A DNA stretch of 64,000 nucleotides from an uncultured Gammaproteobacteria bacterium (GTDB lineage Bacteria; Pseudomonadota; Gammaproteobacteria; JACCXJ01), in NCBI GenBank assembly GCA_963764725.1, contig CAVXTM010000016.1, forward strand, positions 96,001 to 160,000, given 5' to 3'. Position numbers and translations under genes: made by a program. This document shows, piece after piece, positions 8,727-21,096 of this stretch. Each line of letters starts with the position of its first letter. The stretch's first letter is position 1. The notes under the pieces were generated by a model that did not search any database, was not told the origin of the DNA, and was given only the letters and a program-made list of their open reading frames with translations.

Positions 8727-11369
8727 TCACGGCGCGATTTGGCCCCGAACCCAGTCGCTCACCGTGGCGAGCGCAGCTTTTAATTTGTCCGGTTCACTGC
8801 CGCCGGCCTGAGCAAAGTCGGGCCGTCCCCCACCCTTGCCGCCAACCTGTTGGGCGACGAAATTCACCAAATCGCCGGCCCTCACATGGCGTATCAGATC
8901 CTTGGCCACGCCGGCCACCAAGAGTACTTTTCCAGATTGCACGCTTGCTAGCACGATGACCGCGTGCGAGAGCTTATCCTTCAAGCGATCCATGGCCGCG
9001 CGCAACGACGCGGGATCGGCGTCATCGATGATCTCCGCGAGCACCTTGACGCCGGCGATATCGACCGCGGCCTCGGAAAGATCGCGTCCGGTTTGAGTGC
9101 TGAGCCTGGCGCGAAGTTGCTGATTCTGTTTTTCTTCGTGCTTGAGGTTCTGCAACAACTGCTCTACTCGTACGCCGAGCTGCTCGCGCGGCGCTCTCAA
9201 GAGATCCGCAATCTGCTGCAGTTGCTGGTCGCTCTGGGTCACCCAGGCGAGCGCCCCCTCCCCTGTCTGGGCCTCGATGCGACGGACTCCGGCCGCAACC
9301 CCGGTCTCCGACACGATCTTGAATAAACCGATGTCACCGCTATGCCGCACATGCGTACCGCCGCATAGCTCGACCGAGAAATCCCCTATCTTGAGCACCC
9401 GCACCTGTTCCTCGTATTTCTCTCCGAAAAGCGCCAGGGCGCCGCTCTCAAGAGCCTGGCCTACGGGCATAATCACCGTCTCGACCTCGCGATTGGCGCG
9501 GATCTCGCGGTTGACCAAGCGCTCCACCTCATGCAACTCATCGGACTCGAGCGGCCCCGTGTGTGAGAAGTCGAAGCGCAAGCGCTCGGGCGCCACTAAC
9601 GAGCCCTTTTGGACGACATGCGTGCCCAGAACTTGCCGCAAGGCCGCGTGCAACAGATGCGTCGCGGAATGATTAAGCGCCGTAGCGCAGCGTAAGGCCG
9701 GATCGACCTGCGCGTGAACGGACTCTCCTTCTCGTAGGACTCCCCTCGTAAGCGATCCGAGGTGCAGAGTGGCGCTGGCTAGGCTCTGGGTATCCGAGAC
9801 GCGAAACAGGGCCTCGCGTGCGCAGAGATCCCCAATATCACCCACTTGTCCGCCGGCTTCGGCATAAAACGGTGTTCTATCGAGAACCACGACCCCCTGC
9901 TCTCCGGCTTGCAGCGCGGGAACCCGCTCTCCCTGCCGATATAGCGCCACGACCCGGGACTCACTCTTTAACCCCGCGTAACCGGTGAACTCGCTCCCCG
10001 AGACGCGCAGGGGATCATCGGCCGCAAGTGCGGGCAAGAGCGCCTCCATTGCCGCCGGCTGCCCGAACTGGCTGGCCGCCCGCGCCCGCTCGCGCTGTTG
10101 CTCCATCTCCCGCTCGAATCCCTCCATGTCCAAGGTCAAACTGCGCTCACGCGCGATGTCGGCGGTGAGATCGACCGGAAAACCGTAGGTATCGTAGAGT
10201 TGAAACACGTCGCGGCCCGGGATCACGCTCCCAGACAGATCAGCAATTGAACGCTCCAGAAGCTTGAGCCCGAGATCGAGCGTCTCGGCAAAGCGCTCCT
10301 CTTCCTGTTTCAAAACCCGCTCAATGGCAACTCGTCCCTCCGCTAATCTCGGATAAACCGCACCCATCTCGGTTGCGAGCACCGCTACGAGCCGGTGAAA
10401 GAAAGGTTCCCGTAACCCGAGCCGACGCCCGTGCCGAACGGCCCGACGGATGATGCGCCGGAGCACGTAACCCCGGCCATCGTTGGAGGGGACCACGCCC
10501 TCCGCGGCGATGAAGGCGCAGGAACGGATGTGATCGGCAATCGCCTGAACCGAGGTCCGATGCACGGCGTCTTTGTCGCTTACCAAAGCGATGACCGCGC
10601 CCGTCAGGGCGCGGAACACATCGATATCGTAGTTACTGTGGACCCCTTGCATGACGGCGGCGATGCGCTCCAAGCCCATCCCGGTATCGACCGAGGGATG
10701 TGGAATCGGGTGCAAGCGTCCGCTGTCATCGCGGTCATACTGGGTAAATACCAGGTTCCAAATCTCCACATAGCGATCCCCGTTCTGCTCAGGGCTTCCG
10801 GGCGGCCCACCCGCGATCGCCGCGCCGTGGTCGAAAAAGATCTCCGAGCAGGGACCACAGGGGCCCGTCGCGCCCATGGTCCAGAAGTTGTCTTGTTCCC
10901 CGCAGCGCGATAGGCGGCGCGTGTCGACCTTGATCTCATCGAGCCAGATCGAGGCCGCCTCGTCGTCGTCCTGGAACACCGTGATCCAGAGCCTTGCGGG
11001 ATCGACGCCCAAGGACCCGGTCAAAAACTCCCAGGCGTAGTGAATCGCCTCGCGCTTGAAATAATCACCGAAGCTGAAGTTTCCAAGCATCTCGAAAAAG
11101 GTATGGTGGCGCGCGGTGTAACCGACGTTCTCGAGATCGTTGTGCTTACCGCCGGCGCGCACGCATGCCTGGCAGGAGACGGCGCGCTGAAAGGGGTGCT
11201 GCTCGCGTCCCAAGAAGACGTTCTTGAATTGCACCATACCGGCATTGGTGAACAAGAGCGTCGGATCGTTGGCCGGCACCAGCGGTGAGCTGGGAACAAT
11301 CGTATGCTCTCGCGCGCTAAAGAAATCCAGAAATGCCCGCCGGATCTCGGCGCTGCTCTTTATCGACAT
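8727..11369 (-). CDS. alaS: Alanine--tRNA ligase
   Basis: [61 protein letters not shown]. Confidence 0.98.
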   Translation of the reverse strand: MSIKSSAEIRRAFLDFFSAREHTIVPSSPLVPANDPTLLFTNAGMVQFKNVFLGREQHPFQRAVSCQACVRAGGKHNDLENVGYTARHHTFFEMLGNFSFGDYFKREAIHYAWEFLTGSLGVDPARLWITVFQDDDEAASIWLDEIKVDTRRLSRCGEQDNFWTMGATGPCGPCSEIFFDHGAAIAGGPPGSPEQNGDRYVEIWNLVFTQYDRDDSGRLHPIPHPSVDTGMGLERIAAVMQGVHSNYDIDVFRALTGAVIALVSDKDAVHRTSVQAIADHIRSCAFIAAEGVVPSNDGRGYVLRRIIRRAVRHGRRLGLREPFFHRLVAVLATEMGAVYPRLAEGRVAIERVLKQEEERFAETLDLGLKLLERSIADLSGSVIPGRDVFQLYDTYGFPVDLTADIARERSLTLDMEGFEREMEQQRERARAASQFGQPAAMEALLPALAADDPLRVSGSEFTGYAGLKSESRVVALYRQGERVPALQAGEQGVVVLDRTPFYAEAGGQVGDIGDLCAREALFRVSDTQSLASATLHLGSLTRGVLREGESVHAQVDPALRCATALNHSATHLLHAALRQVLGTHVVQKGSLVAPERLRFDFSHTGPLESDELHEVERLVNREIRANREVETVIMPVGQALESGALALFGEKYEEQVRVLKIGDFSVELCGGTHVRHSGDIGLFKIVSETGVAAGVRRIEAQTGEGALAWVTQSDQQLQQIADLLRAPREQLGVRVEQLLQNLKHEEKQNQQLRARLSTQTGRDLSEAAVDIAGVKVLAEIIDDADPASLRAAMDRLKDKLSHAVIVLASVQSGKVLLVAGVAKDLIRHVRAGDLVNFVAQQVGGKGGGRPDFAQAGGSEPDKLKAALATVSDWVRGQIAP

Positions 11370-11377
11370 AGACTGCG

Positions 11378-11502
11378 ACGCAACCAATGTTATACAGACC
11401 GACTTCAAGAAATCTGGAAGTCCCTTCTCCCTCAGAGAGAAGGCTAGGATGAGGGGATATCTATCCCCTCATCCCCACCCTCTCCCGGGTGGGAGAGGGA
11501 GT
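11378..11502. repeat. REP/REPIN-like palindromic element, copy 1
   Basis: Paired hairpins TCCCTTCTCCC..GAGAAGG and CCCTCTCCC..GGGAGAGGG. 11378-11457 is an inverted near-copy of 17406-17485. Confidence 0.8.
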
Positions 11503-11542
11503 TTATCGAAAGGCCTAAATTTCAAATATTCTTGGCTAGGAT

Positions 11543-11983
11543 TCAATCGCCTGTATCTAACGCGCGCCGGACCCGCTCCGCAATGAACCCACGGTTTACC
11601 AAGTAGCGTGCTTGACGCGCCCGCTCCTTCCTATCCACAGGCAACCGCGCGCCAAAGTGTTTAGCCCTGGTTTGAAGCATACGTTCTTCCCAGCACGGCT
11701 CCCCGGTACGGATTAATCCCGCGATGATCTCCGCGTCGATGCCGCGTTTCTTCAGCTCGGCAACGATCCGCAAGGGACCGTATCCGCGTTCGGTTTTCGA
11801 CGCGATAAAGGCGCCCGCAAAGCGTTCATCGCTCTGCCAGCCCGCGGCGGCGAGCTCGCGCAAGACCTGCTGCGCGAGGTCCTCCGGGCTGCCGCGCCGC
11901 GTAAGCCGCGCCGCGAGCTCCTTGCGGCTATATTCGCGTCGCGCGAGGAGGCTGAGAGCATACCGGCGCGCTCTGTCCTTCAG
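11543..11983 (-). CDS. recX: Regulatory protein RecX (start uncertain)
   Basis: [23 protein letters not shown]...WQSDERFA...[16 protein letters not shown]...RYLVNRGF directly after recA. No in-frame ATG; CTG overlaps the recA stop. Confidence 0.88.
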   Translation of the reverse strand: MKDRARRYALSLLARREYSRKELAARLTRRGSPEDLAQQVLRELAAAGWQSDERFAGAFIASKTERGYGPLRIVAELKKRGIDAEIIAGLIRTGEPCWEERMLQTRAKHFGARLPVDRKERARQARYLVNRGFIAERVRRALDTGD

Positions 11984-13011
11984 GCCCGCGCCTCCTCGGC
12001 CACCGGGCTGCGTTCCGCATTACCCGGCAGGAACTTCGCGCGGATTGCCTGCTCGATTGCGGCTGCCTTATCGGGATGTTCCTTGAGAAAGGCACGGGCA
12101 TTTTCCTTTCCCTGCCCGATGCGCTCGCCCCGGTAGCTGTACCAGGCGCCGGTCTTCTCGATGATCCCGCCCGCGACACCGAGGTCCACCACCTCTCCGG
12201 CACGCGAGACACCCTCGCCGTACAGAATATCGAAGATCGCCTCTTTGAAGGGCGGCGCCAACTTGTTCTTCACGACCTTGACGCGGGTCTCGTTGCCGAC
12301 GATTTCCTCATCGCGTTTGATGGAACCGATGCGGCGGATGTCGAGCCGAACCGAGGCGTAGAACTTGAGGGCGTTGCCGCCGGTCGTGGTCTCCGGGTTG
12401 CCGAACATGACGCCAATTTTCATGCGGATCTGGTTGATGAAAATCACCAAGGAATTGGAACGCTTGATGTTGCCGGTGAGCTTGCGCAAGGCTTGCGACA
12501 TGAGACGCGCTTGCAGGCCCACGTGCGTATCGCCCATCTCACCCTCGATCTCGGCCTTCGGCGTGAGCGCCGCGACCGAGTCGATCACAATGCAATCGAC
12601 CGCGCCCGAACGCACCAGCATGTCCGTGATCTCGAGCGCCTGCTCGCCGGTGTCCGGTTGGGAGACCAGCAGATCATCGATCTTGACCCCGACTTTTCCG
12701 GCGTAGCTCGGGTCCAAGGCGTGCTCGGCATCCACAAAGGCGGCGGTGCCCCCGCACCGCTGTATCTCAGCCACGGCGTGCAAGGCCAAGGTGGTCTTGC
12801 CCGAGGATTCCGGACCGTAGATTTCGACGATCCGGCCGCGCGGGAGACCCCCGACACCGAGCGCGATATCGAGCCCGAGCGATCCCGAAGAGACGGTCTC
12901 AACGTCGCGGACCGCTTGCACCTCACCCATGCGCATGACCGATCCCTTTCCGAACTGTTTCTCGATCTGGCTCAAGGCCATACCCAGTGCCTTTTTTCGA
13001 TTCTCATCCAT
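11980..13011 (-). CDS. recA: Recombinase RecA
   Basis: GPESSGKTT Walker [26 protein letters not shown]. Confidence 0.99.
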   Translation of the reverse strand: MDENRKKALGMALSQIEKQFGKGSVMRMGEVQAVRDVETVSSGSLGLDIALGVGGLPRGRIVEIYGPESSGKTTLALHAVAEIQRCGGTAAFVDAEHALDPSYAGKVGVKIDDLLVSQPDTGEQALEITDMLVRSGAVDCIVIDSVAALTPKAEIEGEMGDTHVGLQARLMSQALRKLTGNIKRSNSLVIFINQIRMKIGVMFGNPETTTGGNALKFYASVRLDIRRIGSIKRDEEIVGNETRVKVVKNKLAPPFKEAIFDILYGEGVSRAGEVVDLGVAGGIIEKTGAWYSYRGERIGQGKENARAFLKEHPDKAAAIEQAIRAKFLPGNAERSPVAEEARA

Positions 13012-13400
13012 TGATTTTCCGTCCTCCGGCGCGCGTTAGATATCGTTGCCGCTGGTGCGAGCGTTAAAGGCGCCTCTTGAGCCCGTTCTGTTCGCGCGTT
13101 CTTACACCGCTCATTCGAAAGATCTTGTACGCGAGAAATCGGCAACGATCCACGCTAGCATACTAACTTCGGCAATTGAAATGTCATGCCACCACCATTC
13201 CCAAGCAACAGGCAGGAACGACGCGCCGATATACGGGATCAAATCATCACTAAACAAGAAAAGCATGTGCCCCAACACCTCGCCAAAAAGTCAAGTTATA
13301 GTCTGAAGATGCGAAATATGTGGCCCAGATGAGAAAGAAAAACAGCGAGACCGCCAAGAATATCCATCATGGTTGACGTTTTCATGGTTACTACACTGAG

Positions 13401-13484
13401 GTTAATCTAAATTAATGCCGCGTCTGTCATACACTTGAATGAACTGCGGCGATCCCGCGCGTCGGCTTGAGTGCGATGTTAGCC
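13401..13484 (-). other. Degenerate integron attC-like site
   Basis: Minus strand GGCTAAC (contains the gene's stop codon) ATCGCACTCAAGCCGACGCGC...CGCGGCATTAATTTAGATTAAC. Left arm is typical, right arm decayed. Confidence 0.55.
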
Positions 13485-13988
13485 ATGGCTACCCCTGGAC
13501 TCGCGTACAAGTTCGCATGCAGCAAAGCAGATGCGTTCAAGGTTGAGCGCGATGAGCACGAACTGCATTTTTGGTGAGAGCTGATCGTACTTCGATGGCT
13601 GGGGTACGACCTTGCACATCTCGTGCAGCATATCTACGGAGATGTGGACGGCCTCCTGCCCAAACTCAGGTAAGGCGTTGTAGAGGTCGGAGACAACCTG
13701 CTGCGACAGCGACGACGATAGGTCGTGTGCAAAGTCGTTGCGCAGCTTCCCGATCCGTCGCAGCGCTCCTCTGAATTTTGCGTCGAACCCAAGGCAGCAA
13801 GCAAGCTCAACCTTCTTCGCGTAGCTCAGATCGAGGTCGGCGAGGAATTTAGGTTCGACGACAGTCAGCTCCAGAAACGTGTTCACTTGAGCCTCAACGT
13901 AAAGGTGCGAGCGGATGACCGAGCCGACCTCGTCTTCTGCGAGTGCTGCCGAAACAAATTCAGCATTGATAGGCAATGACTCGGTCAT
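13479..13988 (-). CDS. HEPN-like (MtlR-like) protein with RxxxxH motif
   Basis: VIRSHLYVE...LSYAKKVELA...IGKLRNDFAH; atypical insertion between thpR and recA. Confidence 0.65.
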   Translation of the reverse strand: MTESLPINAEFVSAALAEDEVGSVIRSHLYVEAQVNTFLELTVVEPKFLADLDLSYAKKVELACCLGFDAKFRGALRRIGKLRNDFAHDLSSSLSQQVVSDLYNALPEFGQEAVHISVDMLHEMCKVVPQPSKYDQLSPKMQFVLIALNLERICFAACELVRESRGSHG

Positions 13989-14056
13989 AGGGCTATCGGT
14001 GAACTAAGGATTATCAGGAAAAAAGCTTACCACATCGCACCAGACTTGGCGCGGGC

Positions 14057-14668
14057 TTACGGGTATGCGGACGATCCCCCAAGACGCCCTTGCGCTCCGT
14101 TTGGTTCGGCGCCGAGCCGCCAACGCGTGAGCACTTGATAATGCGACCCGTCGGGATTGGTTTTGGACTCGACCAAGGCAAAGTCATCAACGCGCCAGGC
14201 GACGGCAACGATCGGCCGTTCGCGCCGGACTACGAGCGCCTTGCGCATCAAAGTCACATGGGGTTTAAACGGACGCGTATCAAGATCAACGCCACAGCCG
14301 GCGACCCCCACGTTTAGATCTCGAACCAAAGCAGCGAGACTCTCCGGCAACTCGCGCGCACCGAGCCAAAGGATCCCGGATTTTGGCCATAAGCCGATTT
14401 GATCGAGTCGGAGATCGAACGAGTGTCCCGCGATCCCCGCGGCTATCTTCTCGGCACAGATCCGTGTTTGCGCCGTGACCGAGCCTAAGAAGAGGAGTGT
14501 GATATGGAGGTTTTCCGCAGCCACGGGTTTGGCCCGGCGTGCGTGTAACGAGGCCATTACCTCGACCAGGCAGGAGCGCACCTCCTCACTTGGCCACAAG
14601 GCAAAGAACAAGCGTTGGGCGGGCGCCTCGCTCCGAGGAGAGCGCGATTTCTCTGCTTCGACATTCAT
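14057..14668 (-). CDS. thpR: RNA 2',3'-cyclic phosphodiesterase (2H family)
   Basis: RLFFALWP and two HxT motifs (LHITLLFLG, FKPHVTL). Confidence 0.93.
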   Translation of the reverse strand: MNVEAEKSRSPRSEAPAQRLFFALWPSEEVRSCLVEVMASLHARRAKPVAAENLHITLLFLGSVTAQTRICAEKIAAGIAGHSFDLRLDQIGLWPKSGILWLGARELPESLAALVRDLNVGVAGCGVDLDTRPFKPHVTLMRKALVVRRERPIVAVAWRVDDFALVESKTNPDGSHYQVLTRWRLGAEPNGAQGRLGGSSAYP

Positions 14669-15138
14669 TGCAAGCGCTCGATAAGCCCGCGTAACGCTGT
14701 CTCGACAGCCTGCCGCCGCACCTTGTCCCGGTTGCCCTCAAAATGCTCGCACGCCGTGACCGGTGGGTGACCGCCGCCGGCCCAGGCGAACCATACGGTC
14801 CCAACCGGTTTGTCCTCGGAGCCGCCCTCCGGCCCCGCGATCCCGGTTACGGCAACGCTTATATCACTTCGACTATGGATGAGCGCGCCTTGGGCCATCT
14901 CGATGGCGGCCTCCGCGCTCACGGCGCCGAAGCGTGCGAGCGTCTCGGCATTAACCCCCAACATCTCCTGCTTGGCCTCATTCGAATAGGTCACGAAACC
15001 GCGCTCGAACCACGCGGAACTGCCCGCGATCGAGGTCACCACCTGGGCGACATAACCTCCGGTGCAGGACTCGGCGGTGGCGAGCCGGTAGCCCCGATGC
15101 TGCAATCGCCGTCCGAGCTCTCGCGCTAGCCGCCGCAC
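14665..15138 (-). CDS. pncC: Nicotinamide-nucleotide amidohydrolase (CinA C-terminal)
   Basis: LATAESCTGG, GFVTYSNEAK, VTGIAGPEGGS. Confidence 0.93.
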   Translation of the reverse strand: MRRLARELGRRLQHRGYRLATAESCTGGYVAQVVTSIAGSSAWFERGFVTYSNEAKQEMLGVNAETLARFGAVSAEAAIEMAQGALIHSRSDISVAVTGIAGPEGGSEDKPVGTVWFAWAGGGHPPVTACEHFEGNRDKVRRQAVETALRGLIERLQ

Positions 15139-15659
15139 CGGGACACGGTCGCGGCCAGCCTCTCTTCGGCGCGCCGCCGCTCAAAAAATCGTTTTAGCAA
15201 ACTACAACATTCGGCCTCGAGGATCCCGCCCTGCACTTCCACGTCGTGATTAAAGCGGCCGCTGCCCAGGATCTCGAAGACGCTGCCCACGGCCCCGGCC
15301 TTGGGATCACGCGCACCGTAGAGCACCCGCGCGATCCGGGCATGCACGCTGGCGCCCGCGCACATGACGCAGGGTTCCAAGGTCACAATCAAAGAGCAAC
15401 CGGGCATGCGGTAATTTCCAATCCGCTCCGCCGCACGCCGCAGCGCTATGATCTCGGCGTGGGCGGTGGGATCGTTGCGGCCGATCGGTTGGTTCCACCC
15501 TTCCCCAAGGATCTCATCATTCAGCACCACGACGGCGCCGACGGGGACTTCGCCGTGTTCTTCGGCACGGCAGGCGAGAGCGAGCGCCTGCCGCATCCAG
15601 CGCTCATCATTGACTCCCGTTAGGTGCCCTTCCCGCACCGCCGATTCCTCGTCGTTCAT
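15126..15659 (-). CDS. tadA: tRNA adenosine(34) deaminase
   Basis: [28 protein letters not shown]; ATGA overlap with the guaA stop. Confidence 0.95.
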   Translation of the reverse strand: MNDEESAVREGHLTGVNDERWMRQALALACRAEEHGEVPVGAVVVLNDEILGEGWNQPIGRNDPTAHAEIIALRRAAERIGNYRMPGCSLIVTLEPCVMCAGASVHARIARVLYGARDPKAGAVGSVFEILGSGRFNHDVEVQGGILEAECCSLLKRFFERRRAEERLAATVSRCGG

Positions 15660-17230
15660 TCCCACTCGATGGTAGCCGGCGGTTTTCCGGAGATGTCATA
15701 CACGACCCTTGAGACGCCGGGAACCTCGTTGAGAATTCGCCGCGCCACGTGATCCAGGAATTCGTGCGCGAGCGGCGCCCAGCGGGCGGTCATGAAATCC
15801 AAGGTCTCGACGGCGCGCAAGGCGACGACCGGCGCGTAGTGGCGCGCATCGCCGGTGACACCGACCGAGTTGACCGGTAACAACACTGCGAAGGCCTGGC
15901 TGACTTTCTCGTACAGTTCCTGCCGGTGCAGCTCGTCGATAAAAATCACATCCGCCCGCCGCAAGATCTCAGCGCGCGCCGCGGTGACTTCCCCTAAAAT
16001 CCTGACCGCAAGCCCCGGGCCGGGGAAAGGGTGGCGGTAGACCATATCGTAAGGCAGGCCGATCTCGATGCCGATCTTGCGGACCTCGTCCTTGAAGAGC
16101 TCCCGCAAGGGTTCGATCAGCTTCAGCTGCATGCGTTCCGGCAGGCCGCCCACGTTATGGTGGGACTTGATGACGTGGGCCTTGCCGGTCGCCGCATGCG
16201 CCGATTCGATGACATCGGGGTAAATAGTGCCCTGAGCCAGCCAGGCTACGTTGGGAAGTGTCCGCGCCGCTTCCTCGAATACCTGGATGAATTCCCGGCC
16301 GACAGCCTTACGTTTTTCTTCGGGATCGTGCAGGCCCGCCAAGGCATTGAGGAAGCGATCGGCGGCGTCCACGCGCAGCACTCGGAGGTGAAGGTGGCGC
16401 GTGAAAGTCGCCATGACTTGATCGGCCTCGTTCAGTCTCAGCAAGCCGTTATCGACGAAGACGCAGGTCAGCTGATCGCCGATCGCGTGCTGCAAAAGCG
16501 AGGCAACCACCGAGGAATCGACCCCCCCGGAAAGTGCCAGCAGGACCCGATCCTGCCCGACCCGCTCGCGCACGCGCGCCATGCTGTCCGCGATGATGCT
16601 CGCGGTGGTCCAGGAGCTCCCGCAGCCGCAAATCTCATGGATAAACCGGGCGAGGATGCGTTGCCCTTGGCGCGTGTGAGTGACCTCGGGATGAAACTGC
16701 AGGCCATAATACCGGCGCGCCTCGTCGGCCATGCCGGCGATCGGTGCCCCCTCGGTTGCGGCGATGCGGACGAATCCGGGCGGTAACTCGGTCACGCGAT
16801 CGCCGTGGCTCATCCACACATCCAGCACCCCGTGGCCATCCGGGCTCAGGTGATCCTCGATATCCTTGAGCAGAAGGGAATGGCCGGACACCGAGACCTG
16901 GGCGAAACCGAACTCCCGAACACACGAGGATTCGACCGCGCCCCCGAGCTGCGCCGCCATCGTCTGCATCCCATAACAGATACCGAGCACCGGCACACCG
17001 AGCACAAAGACCGGCGCGGGCGCCGCGATCTGCGGCGCCAGGGTGACGGATTCCGGGCCGCCCGAGAGCACGATGCCGCGCGGCTCAAAGCTCCGGATCC
17101 GCTCGTCGGCGAGATCGTAGGCGTGGATCTCGCAGTAGACACCGGCGTCCCGTATGCGCCGGGCGATGAGCTGGGTGTATTGAGAGCCGAAATCGAGGAT
17201 GAGGATGCGATCGCGATAGATATCTGCCAT
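15656..17230 (-). CDS. guaA: GMP synthase (glutamine-hydrolysing)
   Basis: [42 protein letters not shown]. Confidence 0.98.
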   Translation of the reverse strand: MADIYRDRILILDFGSQYTQLIARRIRDAGVYCEIHAYDLADERIRSFEPRGIVLSGGPESVTLAPQIAAPAPVFVLGVPVLGICYGMQTMAAQLGGAVESSCVREFGFAQVSVSGHSLLLKDIEDHLSPDGHGVLDVWMSHGDRVTELPPGFVRIAATEGAPIAGMADEARRYYGLQFHPEVTHTRQGQRILARFIHEICGCGSSWTTASIIADSMARVRERVGQDRVLLALSGGVDSSVVASLLQHAIGDQLTCVFVDNGLLRLNEADQVMATFTRHLHLRVLRVDAADRFLNALAGLHDPEEKRKAVGREFIQVFEEAARTLPNVAWLAQGTIYPDVIESAHAATGKAHVIKSHHNVGGLPERMQLKLIEPLRELFKDEVRKIGIEIGLPYDMVYRHPFPGPGLAVRILGEVTAARAEILRRADVIFIDELHRQELYEKVSQAFAVLLPVNSVGVTGDARHYAPVVALRAVETLDFMTARWAPLAHEFLDHVARRILNEVPGVSRVVYDISGKPPATIEWE

Positions 17231-17267
17231 TGCGTGCCCGTCTTCCGGGAAGGGTCGATACTCCAAC

Positions 17268-17485
17268 TCCCTGTCCTTCCGGGACAGGCATCGTCTATTC
17301 TCCCTCTCCTCCGGGAGAAGCACCGTCTCGTCTTGTCTCCCTCTCCCACAGGGAGAGGGTTGGGGTGAGGGGATCAGAATAATCGACGCATGTGTTTGAT
17401 TTGATTCCCCTCATCCTAACCTTCTCCCTGTGGGAGAAGGGACTTCCAGATTCGTCGAAGTCAGTCTGTATAACATTGGTTGCGT
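17268..17485. repeat. REP/REPIN-like palindromic cluster, copy 2
   Basis: Several hairpins (CCTGTCC..GGACAGG, CCCTCTCCCACAGGGAGAGGG, CCTTCTCCCTGTGGGAGAAGGG) between guaB and guaA. Confidence 0.8.
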
Positions 17486-17521
17486 GAGAATTTAAGTCGT
17501 CGCCGGATGCGGGCTCTCGGT

Positions 17522-19018
<1,497 letters not shown>

Positions 19019-19076
19019 TTATAAAGGGGTGGTGGACCGTGGGTAAACGCCTAGTCCAAGCATCGCCGCCGGTCCG

Positions 19077-20483
19077 ATGATATCAGAACCTATCCTCGCC
19101 GCATCGACCATGGAAGACATTTATACCGTCACGCGCCTAAATCGCGAGGCGCGTATCCTTCTCGAGGGACATTTTCCACCGCTATGGATCGAAGGCGAGG
19201 TGTCGAACTTCGCCCGCCCGGCCTCGGGGCATCTGTATTTCTCGCTGAAGGATGCGCAGTGTCAGGTCCGCTGCGCCATGTTCCGGTCGCGGAATTTACT
19301 CGTCAATTTCAATCCGCACAACGGAATGCAGGTCATCGCCTACGCTCAGGCGAGCCTGTATGAAGGCCGGGGAGAGTTCCAGCTTATCGTCGAGCACCTT
19401 GAGCCCGCGGGTGAAGGCCGTTTGCGCTTGGCATTCGAGGCGCTTAAACAACGGATCGCGGCCGAAGGGCTGTTCAGCGAGGCGCATAAGATCCCGATAC
19501 CGGCGCTACCGCGTTCAATCGGCGTCGTGACCTCGCCCACCGGGGCCGCGATCCGCGACATTCTGAGCGTCCTGGGCCGGCGCTTCCCATCGATCCCGAT
19601 CGTACTCTATCCCGTACCGGTGCAGGGAGCGGGCGCCGCCGAGGCGATCGCCCGCATGATCGCGCTAGCCGACGGCCGTGCCGAGTGCGACGTGCTGATC
19701 GTAGCGCGCGGCGGCGGATCCTTGGAGGACCTCTGGGCGTTCAACGAAGAGACGGTCGCGCGGGCCATCTACGCCTGCAAGCTTCCGGTCGTAACCGGGA
19801 TCGGCCACGAGATCGATTTTACCATTGCGGATCTGGTCGCCGACCGCCGCGCCCCGACGCCCTCGGCGAGCGCCGAGTTGGTGAGCCCTGACCGTAGCCA
19901 ACTCAGCGCACAGCTCGCGGAGCTGGAACGGCGGCTAGCGCATCTATTCCGCGGATCGTTTGCACGCGTGCAGATGCTACTGGAACACCTGCAAAAACGC
20001 CTGCTCCATCCTGGCCGGCGCGTGCTGGATCTCGCCCAGCGCGCCGATGAGCTATCACTGCGCTTGGAGCGCGCCGCGCGCAGCGGGATCGCGGCCAAGC
20101 ACACGCGGCTCGAAACCCTATCCGCCAGGCTTTGGAGCCTGGCGCCGTCCGCGCTGATTGCGCTGCACCTGACCGAGTGTGATCACTATGTGAGGCGACT
20201 GCGGCACGGGATCGATCAGTCGCTGGCAAAGACGACTGGGAAACTCGTAAATTTAAGCCGCGCTTTGCAAGCCGTGAGCCCGCTCGCGACCCTGGAACGT
20301 GGTTACGCCATCGTCACCCGGCTGCCCGGAGGTGAAATCGTTCGCGACGCTGCGCGGGTCGCGCCCGGTTGCGAGATCGATACGCGCCTCGCCCGGGGAC
20401 GCCTGCGCTGCTTCGTCGAAGCCGTATTCGAGCGTGAAGGGCCGGGTGAGGCGCCGGCGGATGCGAAGTACGAAGGCACGTAA
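19077..20483 (+). CDS. xseA: Exodeoxyribonuclease VII large subunit
   Basis: WIEGEVSNF..SGHLYFSLKD, ARGGGSLEDLWAFNEE, SPLATLERGYAI; divergent from guaB. Confidence 0.97.
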   Translation: MISEPILAASTMEDIYTVTRLNREARILLEGHFPPLWIEGEVSNFARPASGHLYFSLKDAQCQVRCAMFRSRNLLVNFNPHNGMQVIAYAQASLYEGRGEFQLIVEHLEPAGEGRLRLAFEALKQRIAAEGLFSEAHKIPIPALPRSIGVVTSPTGAAIRDILSVLGRRFPSIPIVLYPVPVQGAGAAEAIARMIALADGRAECDVLIVARGGGSLEDLWAFNEETVARAIYACKLPVVTGIGHEIDFTIADLVADRRAPTPSASAELVSPDRSQLSAQLAELERRLAHLFRGSFARVQMLLEHLQKRLLHPGRRVLDLAQRADELSLRLERAARSGIAAKHTRLETLSARLWSLAPSALIALHLTECDHYVRRLRHGIDQSLAKTTGKLVNLSRALQAVSPLATLERGYAIVTRLPGGEIVRDAARVAPGCEIDTRLARGRLRCFVEAVFEREGPGEAPADAKYEGT

Positions 20484-20625
20484 TCACTGCCTAACGCTCA
20501 TTCCATACCCCGGATTGTGGCTTTGCTAGGTTCCGGAAATAGGCTATATTGAGAATACGTCTTTTGTAATCAAAAGACGGGGCATCATATAAAGTATAGT
20601 ACTTTAATTATAAGGAGGAACGGTT

Positions 20626-20712
20626 ATGGGTACTGAAGTTATGATGATAATTCCTGTAATAGTTGCACTTATAGGAATAGCTCTCTACCGCTGGGGCAGG
20701 AGCAACGATTGA
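20626..20712 (+). CDS. 28-aa single-TM small protein (not in ORF track)
   Basis: AAGGAGG RBS, then ATG; MGTEVMMIIPVIVALIGIALYRWGRSND; AT-rich upstream region. Confidence 0.6.
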   Translation: MGTEVMMIIPVIVALIGIALYRWGRSND

Positions 20713-21096
20713 AATCCGGAAGCGTTATCCCGAAAAGGGTTATTCATAGCTAATAAAAAAAGGAACCCGGGCGGCCGGGAGCGGTACCGATGAATCTGCC
20801 GCGACCCGGCCGCTTCTTAGCAACAGGGAGCACGGATTAACTACTAATCCTCCCGTGCCATAAGCCCCTGAAAGCCGCTCTGGAGCTTTGAAATCACCCC
20901 CTAAATGCGCATTTACCTTGTAAACTCCGCTTTTCGCGAGATCCGCAAGCTCGCCGAGAGCGGTCATCAAACGGCAATCCTCAGCACGGACTATCGCTCG
21001 AGACCACGAGGGTCGTAAACGTCGCTTACGGCACCCTCGATGGGACGCCCGCCGATATTCCGCTGGCGAGCCATTATGGATTGTCCGGTTCCAATC

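Noticed and set aside
12076-13014. Long antisense or alternate-frame ORFs (also 4859-5845, 33175-34455, 43653-45617, 49807-51225)
   Set aside because: They are shadow ORFs of real genes in GC-rich DNA, with no recognisable motifs.
13012-13200. LexA SOS box upstream of recA
   Set aside because: I found no CTGT-N8-ACAG match.
13190-13390. Second decayed cassette gene downstream of the attC-like site
   Set aside because: Only short hydrophobic frames with stops; no family could be assigned.
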